Positions 12,135 through 24,949 of a DNA stretch of 56,481 bases are shown piece by piece. The DNA is from Halocafeteria seosinensis (taxonomy: Eukaryota): contig LVLI01000215.1 in assembly GCA_001687465.1 (NCBI GenBank), positions 1 to 56,481 of the forward strand, written 5' to 3'. The translations under genes were made by a program, and so were the position numbers. The notes below the pieces were generated by a model. That model saw only the letters and a program-made list of their open reading frames with translations. It was not told where the DNA came from and ran no database searches. The first letter of the stretch is position 1; each line of letters begins with the position of its first letter.

Positions 12135-15100
12135 CTATGTCGTGGTACGACTCTGCTGAGCGGCGGAAGCGGTAGTTTGCGCCCCTCCTGTTGATTCTTT
12201 CGTTTCAGTATTAGGAATTCCGGGGGCCACGTCTGTTATGGCGGTAGAAGTGGGTAAAGTAGTACCGGTTACGCCAGTATCTCCCCTCGGCGAAGACTTT
12301 CCATCCTGTGATTCTCGGCGGGAAGTTCCGGTTGAAGATCTTGAGCGACAGCTCGTTGCATTTTGAGGCACAGACATAGCGCGACCACGTCTCTGAAGAG
12401 CCCTTCTGGAAATATATTTCAGGCACTTCTCCAAATGGTTATTCTCGGAGGCGCTGGATTTTTCTTCTTTCTCCGCTTCTTTCCGCGCATGCTCAGGAAG
12501 GGATATGGCATTCATCAAAACGGCTCGTACAGCCTCATGTACTCTCCTATAAACAAAGAGAGGACCTCCTAGTAAATCAACCACACCGGATTTCGCGAGG
12601 GCTGTCTCTACACCGCTATTCGGGCTTGATAAAACTATTGGAACGCCTTCTTTATGATAATACTCCACAATCTCCTCGAAAACCTGAATAGCTGTACTGT
12701 CTACACTAGGAACTGCGGCTAGACTCAAGACCAAAGCTTTCCATTTAAATTTTGGGGGAGCGCGACGCCGTTTTGTCAATTCTGCAGAGAGTGCATCTTT
12801 CAAGGTGCCTACATTGGCAAAGTAAAGTGGCGCATAGAATTTCATGATTTTGACGTTGCGCACGGGAACAACACCGACCAATCCCACATGGCGATACACG
12901 ACAGTGCCAGGAACTCGACCCAGTTCGGCAATACGAGCATGAGCGGATACGTAAATGAAGAAGACAAGACTCGCCCCCATGGCAGCTAAGACACCGAACT
13001 GAACACCCAAAAATAGAGTGAGGAGCAACGACAGCATCATAATGAAGAAGTCACGCTTGTCTTCCCTCCAAAGTCGCTTAGCGCTGTGTATGTCAATCAA
13101 TCCCAGTACGCTGGTGACGACCAATATCGCCAAAACGGCGCGAGGGAGGAAAAAGAGAGCCGGGGTTATTGCAACTAACAATACCATTACCCAAAGCCCC
13201 GCAAACATAAGAGCGATCTGACTGCGTGCACCAGCCTGCACGTTAATAGCTGATTGGGAAAATGCACCCATAGCTGGAAATGATTGAAAGAATGATCCTA
13301 CGACATTACAGATGCCTACGGCTCTTAATTCCTGACTTGCCTCAGTTTCATAGCCAAACTTAACAGACCACGTCTTCGCCACGGCAACATGTTCTAGGTA
13401 GGCAACAAACGAGATCGTAATGGCCGAGGGTATCAACGTCACTAGTTCCTTGCTCGAAAACGATGGAATTTCAGGGGCAGGCAAAGCGCTCGGGATGTCA
13501 CCAATAACCTCTATGCCCATGTCGTTTGACTTTTCAGCCGTCGAAGTACCATCGATCTCGAACCAAATTACCATAACGATGATGAACACTACAACTGTCA
13601 CCAGCGCTCCCGGAAGTTTCTTCGACACTTTAGTGCGCTTATAAAGCATCATACCCAGAAATGCGATCACAGAAAGAACGAATGTAGGAACGTGAATGTC
13701 AGGGATAGCTTTGGCAATCTCAGCTACAGTGTTGTGAATTCCATCTGTCTTCGGAATCGATGTGCCGAAAACGTCGGAGAAGACTGAAAGCATTGCAATA
13801 ATAGCAGAGGCGCTGGTAAATCCTTTTAGCACGGGTCGACTTATGAAATTCACCACGAAACCAAAACGCAGAAGCCCCAATAGACCCGAGAAGATGCCAA
13901 CAAGCATGGTCAACACCATCACTAAGCGAATATATTCGGAGCCTGTGGGCGTCGGATTGAAGCTTTCGACGGCAGTAGCGACCATTAATGCGGGAATGCT
14001 CATCGGAGCTACAGCGGCGTGCTTGGAGGTGCCGAAGAAAATATACACCAGTGCGGGAGTCATACTCGAGTAGATCCCGTATACAGGAGGTACACCGGCT
14101 AACAGAGCCCGTGACAGACCCTGGGGGATAGCAACAATGCCACTTGTTATACCAGCGACAAGGTCTTTAAACAAGTGCTTTTTTACGTTATAGTCACCTA
14201 GCCAATCAAAAATTGGTGGGAGTATTTTCTTTGCGTTTCGTTTCCAGCACTTCTTGCTGCAGTTGTCCAAGCAAGAGCAGCGACTTCCATCGTTATCTTT
14301 GTCATCATCGCTACCATAACCAGCAGGCGCTTTGTGTGGCTCTCCCGCATTCTTCGAGTCTCCCACAAGGTGAGACAGTGCGAAGTCAAGGCCCGCATTG
14401 GTACGAGGAATTTCATCTTGCTGCAATGTACGTCCAGTGCTCACGTCTCCTTTAGGTTGTGGATTCTCGTCCGCACTCTCCTCGTTCGTCTGCGACTTCA
14501 TTCGTTTGCTGTCTGCTGCATAAATAGCTCGATCTTGATAAACTGGTTTTAACAACTTGGCCACAGCCCGGGCCACGGCTGGACTACTAATGCTCTGTGT
14601 GCTTGTGCTCTTTCGAAACAGGTTAGACGTTGATTCGGCTCCCCGCCGAGGTGCTAAAGACCTATGCTGAAATGGGTTTTGCTCTGAAGGAAGCCTGTTT
14701 GGATCGTTCCTTGTGCTTCCTTTTTGGGGGTCTTTGCCCCAAAATCTCTGCGAAAAAGGACTAAGTTTCTTTTGCTCCCTCTTCTTCGTCGATGAACCTT
14801 CAGAATGATAATGTTCAGGGATAGAAACCCCTGTATCCTCGGCAAAAGCCTGGCTCGGATGGCCGTGTCCAACACTTCGATGGCTACTGAACAGAGTATC
14901 CGCCCCCATATCGTCTTGCGAAAGCTCCTGAGAGATACCAGATTCATCTCTTTTATCATTCTTTTGCCCCGAGCCGACACTCTCGGGCACTCTCTTGGAG
15001 GACTTAGCCGATTCTTCATCGATCCTTCCCAATATTGACATTGATTTGCCCTGTTTCTTCAAATGATCCTCGGTATCAGACTCATTGACTGTTTCGGGGG

Positions 15101-16776
15101 TGCTCTCAGCATGTGGACTCTCCCGAAACAACTGCTTCATTTGGGATAACTGGGGAGTGGGTAGCATCTCCGATATTAACTTAACGCGCTTGGTAGACGG
15201 CTTTTGAACTCTTGATGACATATACATGTGAAACATATCAAAATGAGCATGAATTAAACTTTCTAAAGCAGCAGCACCTTCAGGATAAGTCAACTCCATT
15301 TCTCGAACTATCACCTTGACCATATACCGATACAGCTCCAGCTTCGAAGCTAAACCATAGGTCCGAATTTGCTCCATCGGATAGTCTTTTTTGCAAGCAA
15401 AATTGAGTTTCCGATAAGCCCGTTTGGCCGCAGTGGCGAACCTCTCTAGTTTAATATTTTCTTCATTGGTATCTTCCATTTCCGGACTCATCACACGCAG
15501 TGAGGCTGTGACATAGCTGTGCGCGTTAACCAATTGCTGTCGAAATTCGCGTATTACCTCTTCCTTTGACGATGAAGTTTGTTCGACTTGGTCGGCGCGA
15601 ATCCTTAATTGGGAAGTATCAGCGGTCTTCGTAACGGAAGATTCTTGCTCTATTTCTCCAGGTTTATCCGCATCAATTCTATCGTTCGGCGAAAGAGGAG
15701 CCACCATACCGTCAAGCTCATTGCCTTCATGGCTTGGAAGAGACAGTAAGTCATCCGGTGATTTGTTTGAGGGAATTACAGACGACCTCCCGTAGATGTC
15801 TCCTTCTACACCTTCCTCAGGTATGATGTTATGGCTTTGAAGGACCGCTCCTATGCCTAACGATGCGGCATCCCCAGAGTCCATAGATGGAGGATCTAAA
15901 ATCTTCATGAACGGCATTTTTTCAACTTCTCCTAAGAGACTGTCCATCAATGGAATCCCTGTTACCTTATCGTGCTTCTTCATGATTTTATAAATTGCAG
16001 TGTAATTTAGCTCCACAAAATCTCTTAACTTTGCTGCACACTGCCATACAAAGCTTTCCATGTCTAAAACCTTTTTCCTGTTTTCAGCTGACTCCGAGGC
16101 ACTCTTAGCATAATGCACATTCTCCCGGTAGGCTGCCATTCGGACCAAGCGGTAGAAAACCAATGGTATGACAACGAACCATAATGCAATGCAATGTCAA
16201 TTCCGCTTACCATTGGCTTTTTGCTTTTGCTGTTCAATGTATGCCCTCTGAGACTTGACAAATTCACCAACGTGCGCAATTGCCTGTGGAGGGAAAACAC
16301 GGCGAGTCGGACCTCGGAATCCTCCATACACTCCCACCAACATAACTTACTTCTTTGAGTCTGGTTAAGAACTTTGCCGACACTTCTCGATTCCTTCGCG
16401 TCTGTTGCTCATTCAAGCCGGGAATTACGTCGGCGTCGTCACCTCCCGTCGGTGTCTGATACTGCAGCTCCGATTCCCCTCGAGTACGACCGGTGGCCCT
16501 TCCGGTGTCATCCACAACAGTGGATTCCTCCCCTTCGGTGTAGGGTGTCCGACCCTGCAAGGAGGCATTTTGTGCCTCTATATCGTCTCCTGTCTGCTGC
16601 CGCGCAGCAGCTCGTTGGTTGTCTTCTTCAATATCATCGTCCGAGCCTCCGTCATCTCCCTGTCCATGCGCTGGGGAATACGATTTTTTTAGGATCTTCT
16701 TGAGCTCTTTATACGGTATGTAGTGCTCGGCCCACTCCTCAATAGCCTCTTTTTCGAGGCGCTTGGCGAACTTCAT
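12135..16776 (-). CDS. SPX-domain / SulP (SLC26) anion transporter / STAS fusion protein (~1498 aa); exons 16776-16351, 16283-16211, 16132-12135
   Basis: SPX start MKFAKRLEKEAIEEWAEHYIPYKELKKILK and SPX end KLRDFVELNYTAIYKIMKKHDK. SulP signature KDLVAGITSGIVAIPQGLSRALLAGVPPVYGIYSS followed by many TM helices. STAS motifs KFYAPLYFANV and VPSVDSTAIQ. Two GT-AG introns restore the frame. Confidence 0.88.
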
Positions 16777-16974
16777 GGTGACGAGAAGTTCGTGTTCTCC
16801 ATGCACAACACACTACGCTCAGCAAATAAACAAATAAAAAAATAGATACACAGAAAGAGTTAATCTAGTAGACGTGCAACAATCGAGGCGTTGGCGTAAT
16901 ATGTATTCGAAACGATTGTACGCGCCTCGGGGACCGGGGTGCCAGCTGGAACTTCAGCCTGGAACTTCTTCAAG

Positions 16975-18723
16975 ACTGTCAGGTACAAGCCGGGTACGGT
17001 ACAACGTTGTACAAGTGCCAGGTACAGTCAGGTACAATCAGCTAATTTACACGTTCATTATTTTCGGATTCCATTGATCTCGCATATTTCACTGCTTCTC
17101 AACAGAACGTGTGATACTGTTTTTACTTCCCTCTGGTAAGTATGGATAGTGTGGATGGATGGATTATAGGGAAACTGGGGATTTTGGGGGAGCTACAAGT
17201 AGCGTCTACGACTTATGCAGCGATTTTGTGCCCATTTCATTCATCGCGGGTATACATTGTTCTCATCCTCGTACATTCCGTAGGAATCATTCGATACAAT
17301 GGCGTATAAAAGCGTGAAATCTGATATATGGCGCCATTTTTGCCCCAGCACCGAGAGGGAACCCAACTCGCGGCGATTTCTGTACGCACATTGCCTGCAC
17401 TGCGGTGGGAAAATCCAAGCAGCTAAAACGGAGAAACCCGTTGGTATTCAGCGGAGAGTATGCTTCGAGCAGTTGCGGATCACGAACCTATATTCCGTAA
17501 CATTGCCGATCCGGAGGCCGAGGAAAAGCTGCCCGAACGTGTGGAAGAAACGATCACAAATCGGCGATTCTTCGACAACATACAAACTGTATTGTCTGTG
17601 TGCGCTCCTAGTGCAGAATCCATAGGTCGATTAGAACAAAGAAAGTCGACCTTGGCGGACTGTTTAATCGAATTTTTGCGCATAGTTTACCGGTTACAAA
17701 AGAAGCAGAAAACCCTGGATCAGGACTTATTATCCCATGTCAAAAAGGTTGTAAATTTACGGTACAACCAATGCGTTACGGGCTATCACGTGCTCGCACT
17801 GTATTTGCATCCCTCCGGCAAGGATCTGTTCCACAGCAGTTAATGGTACTCTGTCTACATTGCTTCCTACTATGAAGAAGTGGAGGTACACAGACGTGGG
17901 TGGTTGAGCAATTGCAACAGTACGCAAGAGGGCTCTCGAACTTTAGCTCGTCTGCTCCTCCGAATGACGCATACCTATGGTGGAAGCGAATGAGGCCTCT
18001 ACCTGAAAATGAATTGCTACGATCATTCTCCTTGAGGCTATTAGCGATAACTCCCACCGCTGTGGAAGCAGAGAGACTGTTTTCAAGCCTAACTTGCATA
18101 AATACGAAGCGGAGAGGCCGCATGTCTGCCGGAACGCTGAAGCAGCTCGGACAGATAAAAACATACCTCCGATCGGAGAAGACGGACAGTCTCTCCAAAG
18201 CGAAGAAGGAGTTCAAAACAGAGTAGACAGACGAAAACTCGACTGGTGAATCTGACGACGGAGGGGATAGTGATTCCGATGATACTGTACTTGCGGCTTT
18301 CGCCGACCATGACTTTGAAAGACTGCTGCATGAAATGGACCCTGAGGACTTCAGCGAGTGGGATGTTGGTGTGAGCGTCAATGATGTCTTAGAGACTATG
18401 GATGCGGAGGGTACTGAATCGTCAGAATTCATCTTGGCCAAGCACTTCGATCTAAGTCATCCAATGATTTCAGGGAGGAATCGCGGTAGTGGAGTATCCT
18501 CCCCTCCCGTAGCTCAGAGTAAGGAGTGGAGCGCTCAAGATCTCCTCAGCAAACTAAAAAACAAATAATACAGGTTAAGACACAAATCATTTCCATTATT
18601 AGCGCATAACAGACCCTCCTAACATACATCAAGTTTGTAGCCGTTGCAAACTGTACCTGCTTGTACCCAGGTACGGTCCGGAACCCAAGGGGGGTGGTAC
18701 AGCTTAAGGGCGTACCTGACAGT
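16975..18723 (+). mobile_element. Non-autonomous, internally deleted hAT DNA transposon
   Basis: Perfect 12-bp terminal inverted repeat ACTGTCAGGTAC (16975-16986) / GTACCTGACAGT (18712-18723); many subterminal GGTAC/GTACC motifs; hAT transposase fragments inside; no 8-bp TSD seen. Confidence 0.75.
17299..18568 (+). pseudogene. Fragmented hAT transposase (BED zinc-finger start, partial catalytic region, C-terminal dimerisation domain)
   Basis: SDIWRHF...AHCLHCG (BED-like); LALYLHP; YLWWK...LRLLAITPTAVEAERLFSSL...TKRRGRMS (hAT dimerisation motif). Split over several frames and too short for a full transposase. Confidence 0.8.
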
Positions 18724-19258
18724 GGAGAGACTCTCAGAAGACGTTGCCACGAGTGGATACATCGAAAGAGAGGCGTCAAGATGGGTGAAACACATTCGTC
18801 GTATGTTTGTCTACCTCTCGCATAGTTCTATACCTCGGTACTCCGCTGTACGCCTTACCGGGAATTCACGAGATTCAGGGGGATTGCACCCTTCAACACT
18901 GCTGGGTCCTATGTTAGCACATACCGATTTGCATGGTTGCAAGTACCAGTCAAAAGAGAAGCGACCACTCAGACTGTGAGTGATGGCTAAATTTGACTGC
19001 AAATTGGCACCGCAATTTGGCGGTTCTTGCGACCGAGCGCTTGCGAAAGGCCGACTCACTTCACAGTGTTCACACCACACGGTGAAGGCGGGGGTGGCAC
19101 ACGCTGGGATGCTGCCGTGGGATCACACTATCAGGTACCTATGTAAAATTCACCAATTTGGTTTGGCAGACCGTGTCAAGTAGGGATATGCTCATATCGC
19201 TTTACTCTGGTTAGCCAGTGCCAGGTATCCTGCAAATACGAGGGCGTGAGAAAGCAAG

Positions 19259-20953
19259 ATGACGGTATACGCTGTGCTAGCATGGATTGTGTACCCCATG
19301 CTCGGTTTACTCATGGGATTGGCGGCTGTCGCCATAGCGTGGTGGTTTTCGAGACCACATTTGAATGGACCAAGCGGCGCTGACTTCCAGAAGCGCTTCA
19401 AAGAGCACCGAGAGAAGGTAAGAAGTTTGTGTTGAACATGGACTTCCGCTTGAGCGAGTGGCCATGGCACTTGCCCTTCCCCTGATTGAGCCAAATTAAC
19501 ATGTGATGATGGTTATGCATGGTGCGCAGGTTTACGTCCCGATCTTGCAAGAATGCGGCTCGCTCTCGGCCGAAATCAACAATATGGTCTGCACAGCGGA
19601 CCCCGCAATTATTAAGAAGTTGCTAAATCGGAAAGAGTACTTCGAAAAGCGATCACGTATATATAAGGTATGAAGACAGTCTGAAGAACGTTTCCTACGG
19701 AAGCCAGCACATTGGGGTGTTTGGTATTGCAGCTTGGGCGTTACATCCTATCAGGTCAAGATGGCATCTTGCTGATGGACGGCGAGGTGTGGAAGCAACA
19801 TTCCCGCGCTTTGAAACCACTCTTCCAGGGTTCGCATGTTGACTCGCATGGCGAAGCAATAGCCAAAATTACGATGAACCATTTGCGGTATTGGGAGTGT
19901 GGTGAAACTGGAGAGATGGGAGTATTGCCTTCTCGCAGAGCTGCCTTTGGAAGCGAGATGTATAACTCCCCTCCTTTTCCTCGCGGTCGAGATGACTCAA
20001 CTCCTGAGAGTGTCCCCGATAATTTAAAAGGAGGTGAAGATTTATTTTCTGCTGTTCAGGGAATGCTGATGGACTTTATCCTACTGTATGGGTACAACAT
20101 CTCTCCGCGTAGCCGTGATGGCGTCGCTTTGGCCAGTGAGCTTTACTTATACCGTAACTTAATGGGTGAGACAAGTGCACTTAACTATTTGCGGCTAGCT
20201 CGTTGCACGAACAGAATAAGAAAGCTTGTCAACGAGCTAGCGCAGAGGGAGCAAGAAGACAGGAAGAATCAGGACTCTATGGTCACCGACGGCGAAAAAC
20301 AGGGAACTCGTCCAAACTTTCTCACCAATCTTATGGACCATGGTTTCGATATGAAAGAAATATCGGCCGAAATCAATCACATCTACGGGGCGTACAAAGC
20401 TGTTGGATTTGTCACTACGTGCATGATTTGGCGGCTGTCGAAACATCCCCAATGGGTAGAAAAACTGCGGGAAGAATGGAAATCGAAATTAGGATGTCAC
20501 GGCTCGGCTACACCAACACGGGGTGATCTAACGAGACTGCCGCTTACAACTGCGGTAATACACGAGTGTTTGCGCATGCATGTCGTGTCATTTGGTGTAG
20601 TGAGGCAAATTAGCTCCCCACTGGAGATTGACGGCAAAACTTTCCCGGAAGGAACCGAGGTCATGATCTTGCTCCACGCAGTTCACCATCATCCGGATTT
20701 CTGGGAAGATCCATTGACGTTCAATCCTTCACGATTTTTAGAGCAGGCGCCCACTGCGTATACTTACATTCCGTTCTTATCAGGACCGCGAATGTGTGCT
20801 GGGCAGTATCTGGCAGACTTACATCTCATTGTCATCTTGCACTCGATTTTTTGGAACTATAATATAAGCACTGGGGTGGATGATCTTGCGCTTAAACCCG
20901 ATAACTACTCAACCATTGATGGTAAGATTCCTTTCACCGTCCAAAAGCTCTAA
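19259..20953 (+). CDS. Cytochrome P450, copy 1 (~505 aa); exons 19259-19417, 19530-19667, 19733-20953
   Basis: N-terminal TM anchor MTVYAVLAWIVYPMLGLL; ExxR (HECLRMH); FNPSRF; heme motif PFLSGPRMCAG; two phase-0 GT-AG introns. Confidence 0.9.
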
Positions 20954-21288
20954 GTTGTTCCGCTTATCGAGAAACATGGACGTCGATTCCTACCTCGACT
21001 GCAATCCGTGTACCTGAGAGTCCAATTAGCAAAGATACGAATATACTTACATGTAGTAAATTCGCCCTATATAGTTCCAGTCTCTACAGTACCGTTTTGT
21101 GAAATGGTTGACTTTTCGTCTTGACTACCGCAAAGACGGGTATTACGAGCTACGTTTCCGCATCACACACTTTGATGACGAGGAACTCTGCAATACACGT
21201 ACAGTAATACGGTTTGACTTTTTCTGCAAATATATTTATCATCACGGAAAAAATCCCCCAGGAGCCAATAAAGTTCATAAGAAGGTGA

Positions 21289-22975
21289 ATGACGATGGCC
21301 GTGGAATGGGCAAAGATCCTGTGGAGCGCCACTTTGTACGTGGTGCTTCCACTTTTAGGAAGTGTAATCCTCGCCGGGATACTCTGGTGGCGTTCACGGC
21401 CGCATTTGAAAGGCCCTAGTTTCGGGACGATGGGAAAGCGGTTCGAACAAGAGCGCGAAAAGGTAAAATGCCCTGGTTTATGGTGTGGAAATATTGTACA
21501 GGGCAACAATGGCATGTATTCGTCCTCCTTCCGCAGATGTTTGTGCGTGTCCTGGAGGAGACAGGGGATTTATCGATCGAATTGGGGACCTTTATCGTCA
21601 CGGCAGATCCTCAGGTGATTAAGACTCTGTTCAACAGCAAAGAACATGTGAAAACGAGGTCGAGGCTCTACAAGGTATGTGTGTAGCAGCGTCCAAAAGT
21701 GGAAGCGATCTTCAACATCTCCCTGGGATGGTGCAGTTTTCACGGTATGTCTTTTATGGCATGGATGGCATTCTAAATTTGGACGGCGATGAACATGCAC
21801 GACATGAGCGCACTCTCAAAAGCATTTTCCATGGAAGCCATGTGGACAAACATGAGAAAATGGTGGAGACGGTAGTCGGTAAACACCTGGCAAGCTGGAA
21901 ACGTGGAGAAACAGCCGAACTTGGTGTATTGCCCTCGCGGCGCCACGACTACGGATCCAGTTTCTATAATCAAGAACCTTTCCCATCTGGGAAGAGCTTT
22001 GGTTCAACAAGTACGATCCCGGAGGAATCCTCAACCGGAGGACCCGACTTGCTATCGGCTGTCCGTGGGATTGCACTTGATGTGATCCTATTGTATGGAT
22101 ACAATGTCAACCCGTCATCTGAAACAGGGGTTGCTCTTGCTAGTGAATTAAGCCTATATCCACAGCTGGTTGGAGTGTTCTCCAATACTGGTGCATTGAT
22201 GGCTTGGAATTTCCGCAAATTGGTTCAGTGCACTAACAGGATTCGTCACATCGTGAAAGAAATACGCGATGAGCGACCTGCCAAAAATGATTCTCAAGGA
22301 AGCACCATTTCGGATGGAGAAAATTTTGGTTCCAGTCCAAACTTCATCGACAACATGATACGAGATGGGTATGAGCTCAAAGAAATGGCTGCCGAAGTCA
22401 ACCATATCCATGGAGCCCACAAGGCTGTCGCCTTTGTACTTACTTGTATGCTATGGAGGCTGTCTAAGCATCCTGAATGGGTTCAAAAGCTGAGAGAGGA
22501 ATGGCGGAATAATTTGAAAGCGGGAGAATTACCTCGTCAAACTGATTTGGAAAAGTTCCCTGTCACAAGAGCGGTGATCCATGAATGTTTACGGATGCAT
22601 GTCGTCTCTCTAGGCGTTGTCCGTCGGACTGGCGAACCATTGGAAATAGGAGGCAAAGTAATTCCTGCCGGGACGGAGATTGTGGTCTTACTCCATGCGT
22701 TGCACCATCACCCAAAGTTCTGGGAGAATCCCTTGACATTCGATCCGTCGCGTTTTCTTGAGGGCAAGCCGGCTCCATACACATTCCTTCCGTTCCTCAC
22801 GGGGAAACGCATGTGCGCAGGAAAACATTTGGCGGAACTGCAACTAGCTGTGGTGCTATACACCCTCCTACGGGATCATGATATCCGCACCGGAGTGGAC
22901 GAACTGGTGCTTAAAGCAGATATGTACTCTGCATTAGATGTTACCATTCCTTTTACAATGCATGCAATTAACTAA
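21289..22975 (+). CDS. Cytochrome P450, copy 2 (~516 aa); exons 21289-21462, 21537-21674, 21737-22975
   Basis: TM anchor; HECLRMH; FDPSRF; PFLTGKRMCAG; same intron positions and 138-nt middle exon as copy 1. Confidence 0.9.
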
Positions 22976-23200
22976 GCTTCAGGATACTTCTTCTATTAGT
23001 TGCGGGTACTGCCAACTCTTGTTATGCTTTTGCCACAGTTGTTGCAAAGGGAATACGTTACTCTTAAGGTTTGGCAGCGGCGTTTCTCTCTGTTAGAAAA
23101 AGAAATGAACATGCACCGCGTTCATCGAATTTATATCGTTACTGTTCGTCGTCGATGTTCGTTCTTCATGATCACGTGGAAGCAAGAGCTTTCCTAGGCT

Positions 23201-23866
23201 TCAGCTCTTCGACATCCCTCCCATGAAACTCCGCGCATCTGGTACGTTACCATTGAATTCTGCGTTGCTGAAGTCGAAGCCGGGGTGCTCCTTTTGAAAT
23301 CTCTCTAACATAATATGCTTCCGTTCTTCTTCTTGTTCGTTAGGAGCCAACTGCAGGCACAACCCGACCCGATGGTTTATTCTGGAAATGCCAACTCGGA
23401 GCTTCTGCAACCTACCTGGTCATGACCCTTGAACACACACGGCCACGTTTCCCCTTCACTCATCTTTTGCATTGTAATCGACAACTCACCATCGCCTGTA
23501 AGCATAGAAGGCGTTCGATAGCATTATCGCAATCGGCCTTTGGATTCCTCACGTACCATACGTCCACGTGCTTTCTTCGGTAACTATCGTGGCATGCAAG
23601 GGCTCCTGCGCATTAGGAAGGAACACACGATAGCAAGAGTGAGCACATGCCCTAGTAACCTGGGAACTTACGTCAATGATAGGGTCGCTACTGGACTTCA
23701 GTCCTATTGAGAGTGAATTGGGCTTCATTTTGACGCTGAGATCTCTTGACGCGGAGGCAATTTGGTCTGGGGGAAACTTCATATATAGGTTTACTTCATC
23801 CAGAGTCTGATCCCATTCATACAGGACCTTTCCATCCTTCTTAAACTGATGCCTCTTGTCCTCCAT
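23201..23866 (-). CDS. NUDCD2: NudC domain-containing protein 2 (CS/p23 domain co-chaperone), three introns
   Basis: YEWDQTLDEVNLY, ESTWT, GETWPCVFKGH, MLERFQKEHPGFDFSNAEFNGNVPDARSFMGG. Confidence 0.85.
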
Positions 23867-24140
23867 CTTCCATCCAGAGCTTGATAACACTTGGTTCGTC
23901 GATCGAACTCTGGTTGAACTTGACAATTCCGTCCATATAGCTGCTTCTACTAGGATTCCTCGGTTTGTAGGACGACTCAACAATTCTTGTTGTAGTATCT
24001 GTTTCGGATTCCTTTGTCATTTTTGGTGTTGTTGTTGAAGGTGTCCAAGAAATACTACCTTGGTATTTATCTGCCTCGAGCGGAAGCGACAAAGCAGTCC
24101 AACGCAAGATTCAGATACCTATATACACCACACAGTAGAG

Positions 24141-24761
24141 ATGTCTCAGCATCAGGAGGGCAAATTGATCGGTATCATTGCCGACGAGGTAAGAGCGCTC
24201 GAGAAACGTAATAAAACCTCCTATGAGCACTGGGAAAGTCATGTTCTCCAGGACACCGTCACTGGATTCCTCCTCACGGGCATCGGGTGCACAGATGGAC
24301 AAAGCAGTAACTATTTCGTCGTCGATGAGAGTATGTTTTAATCCAGGAATGTAGGAGGACGTATATTATATACCTCGTGGATGATCGTCATCGCAGAAAC
24401 ATCGGTGAGCGACATTGAGGATAGGTTTACAGAACTCGTCACGCGGGATGATATCGGACTCTTATTTATCACCCAAGAAGTAAGGCAGATACAAGCATTT
24501 TTAGCTCTCGTATGAGACTTACATTCCGTCTGGGATGATAATGCCAGGTAGCGGGAGACATCAGGCATGTCATACAGCGCCATGAAAAAGACCAGACAGT
24601 CGTCATGGAAATACCCAGCAAAGACAAACCGTATGTGTTGAGCTCGACGGGAACGCTACCTTCCTCTTGAGTAACGACTACCTCTTACCTCTGTATGCTG
24701 CAGATATGACCCTAATGCTGATCCCGTAATGCAGCGGGTGCAGCAGTTGTTAGGCATGTAG
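24141..24761 (+). CDS. ATP6V1F: V-type proton ATPase subunit F, four introns
   Basis: Spliced product KLIGIIADE|DTVTGFLLTGIG...RDDIGLLFITQE|VAGDIRH...EIPSKDKP|YDPNADPVMQRV. Confidence 0.92.
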
Positions 24762-24949
24762 ATCAACCTACCTGTGAAAATGGAGAACATATATCAATTC
24801 ACATTAACACTCGGAACTACTTCGTTTTATGAAGTTACATAGTAACTTTAACAAATCAATGATTATTTTTAGATGGTATATTGCTGGTATTAGTGAATCA
24901 GCATTCACAATACGAACAACTGCTGGGCGGAAAGAACTCTATGTGAGAA

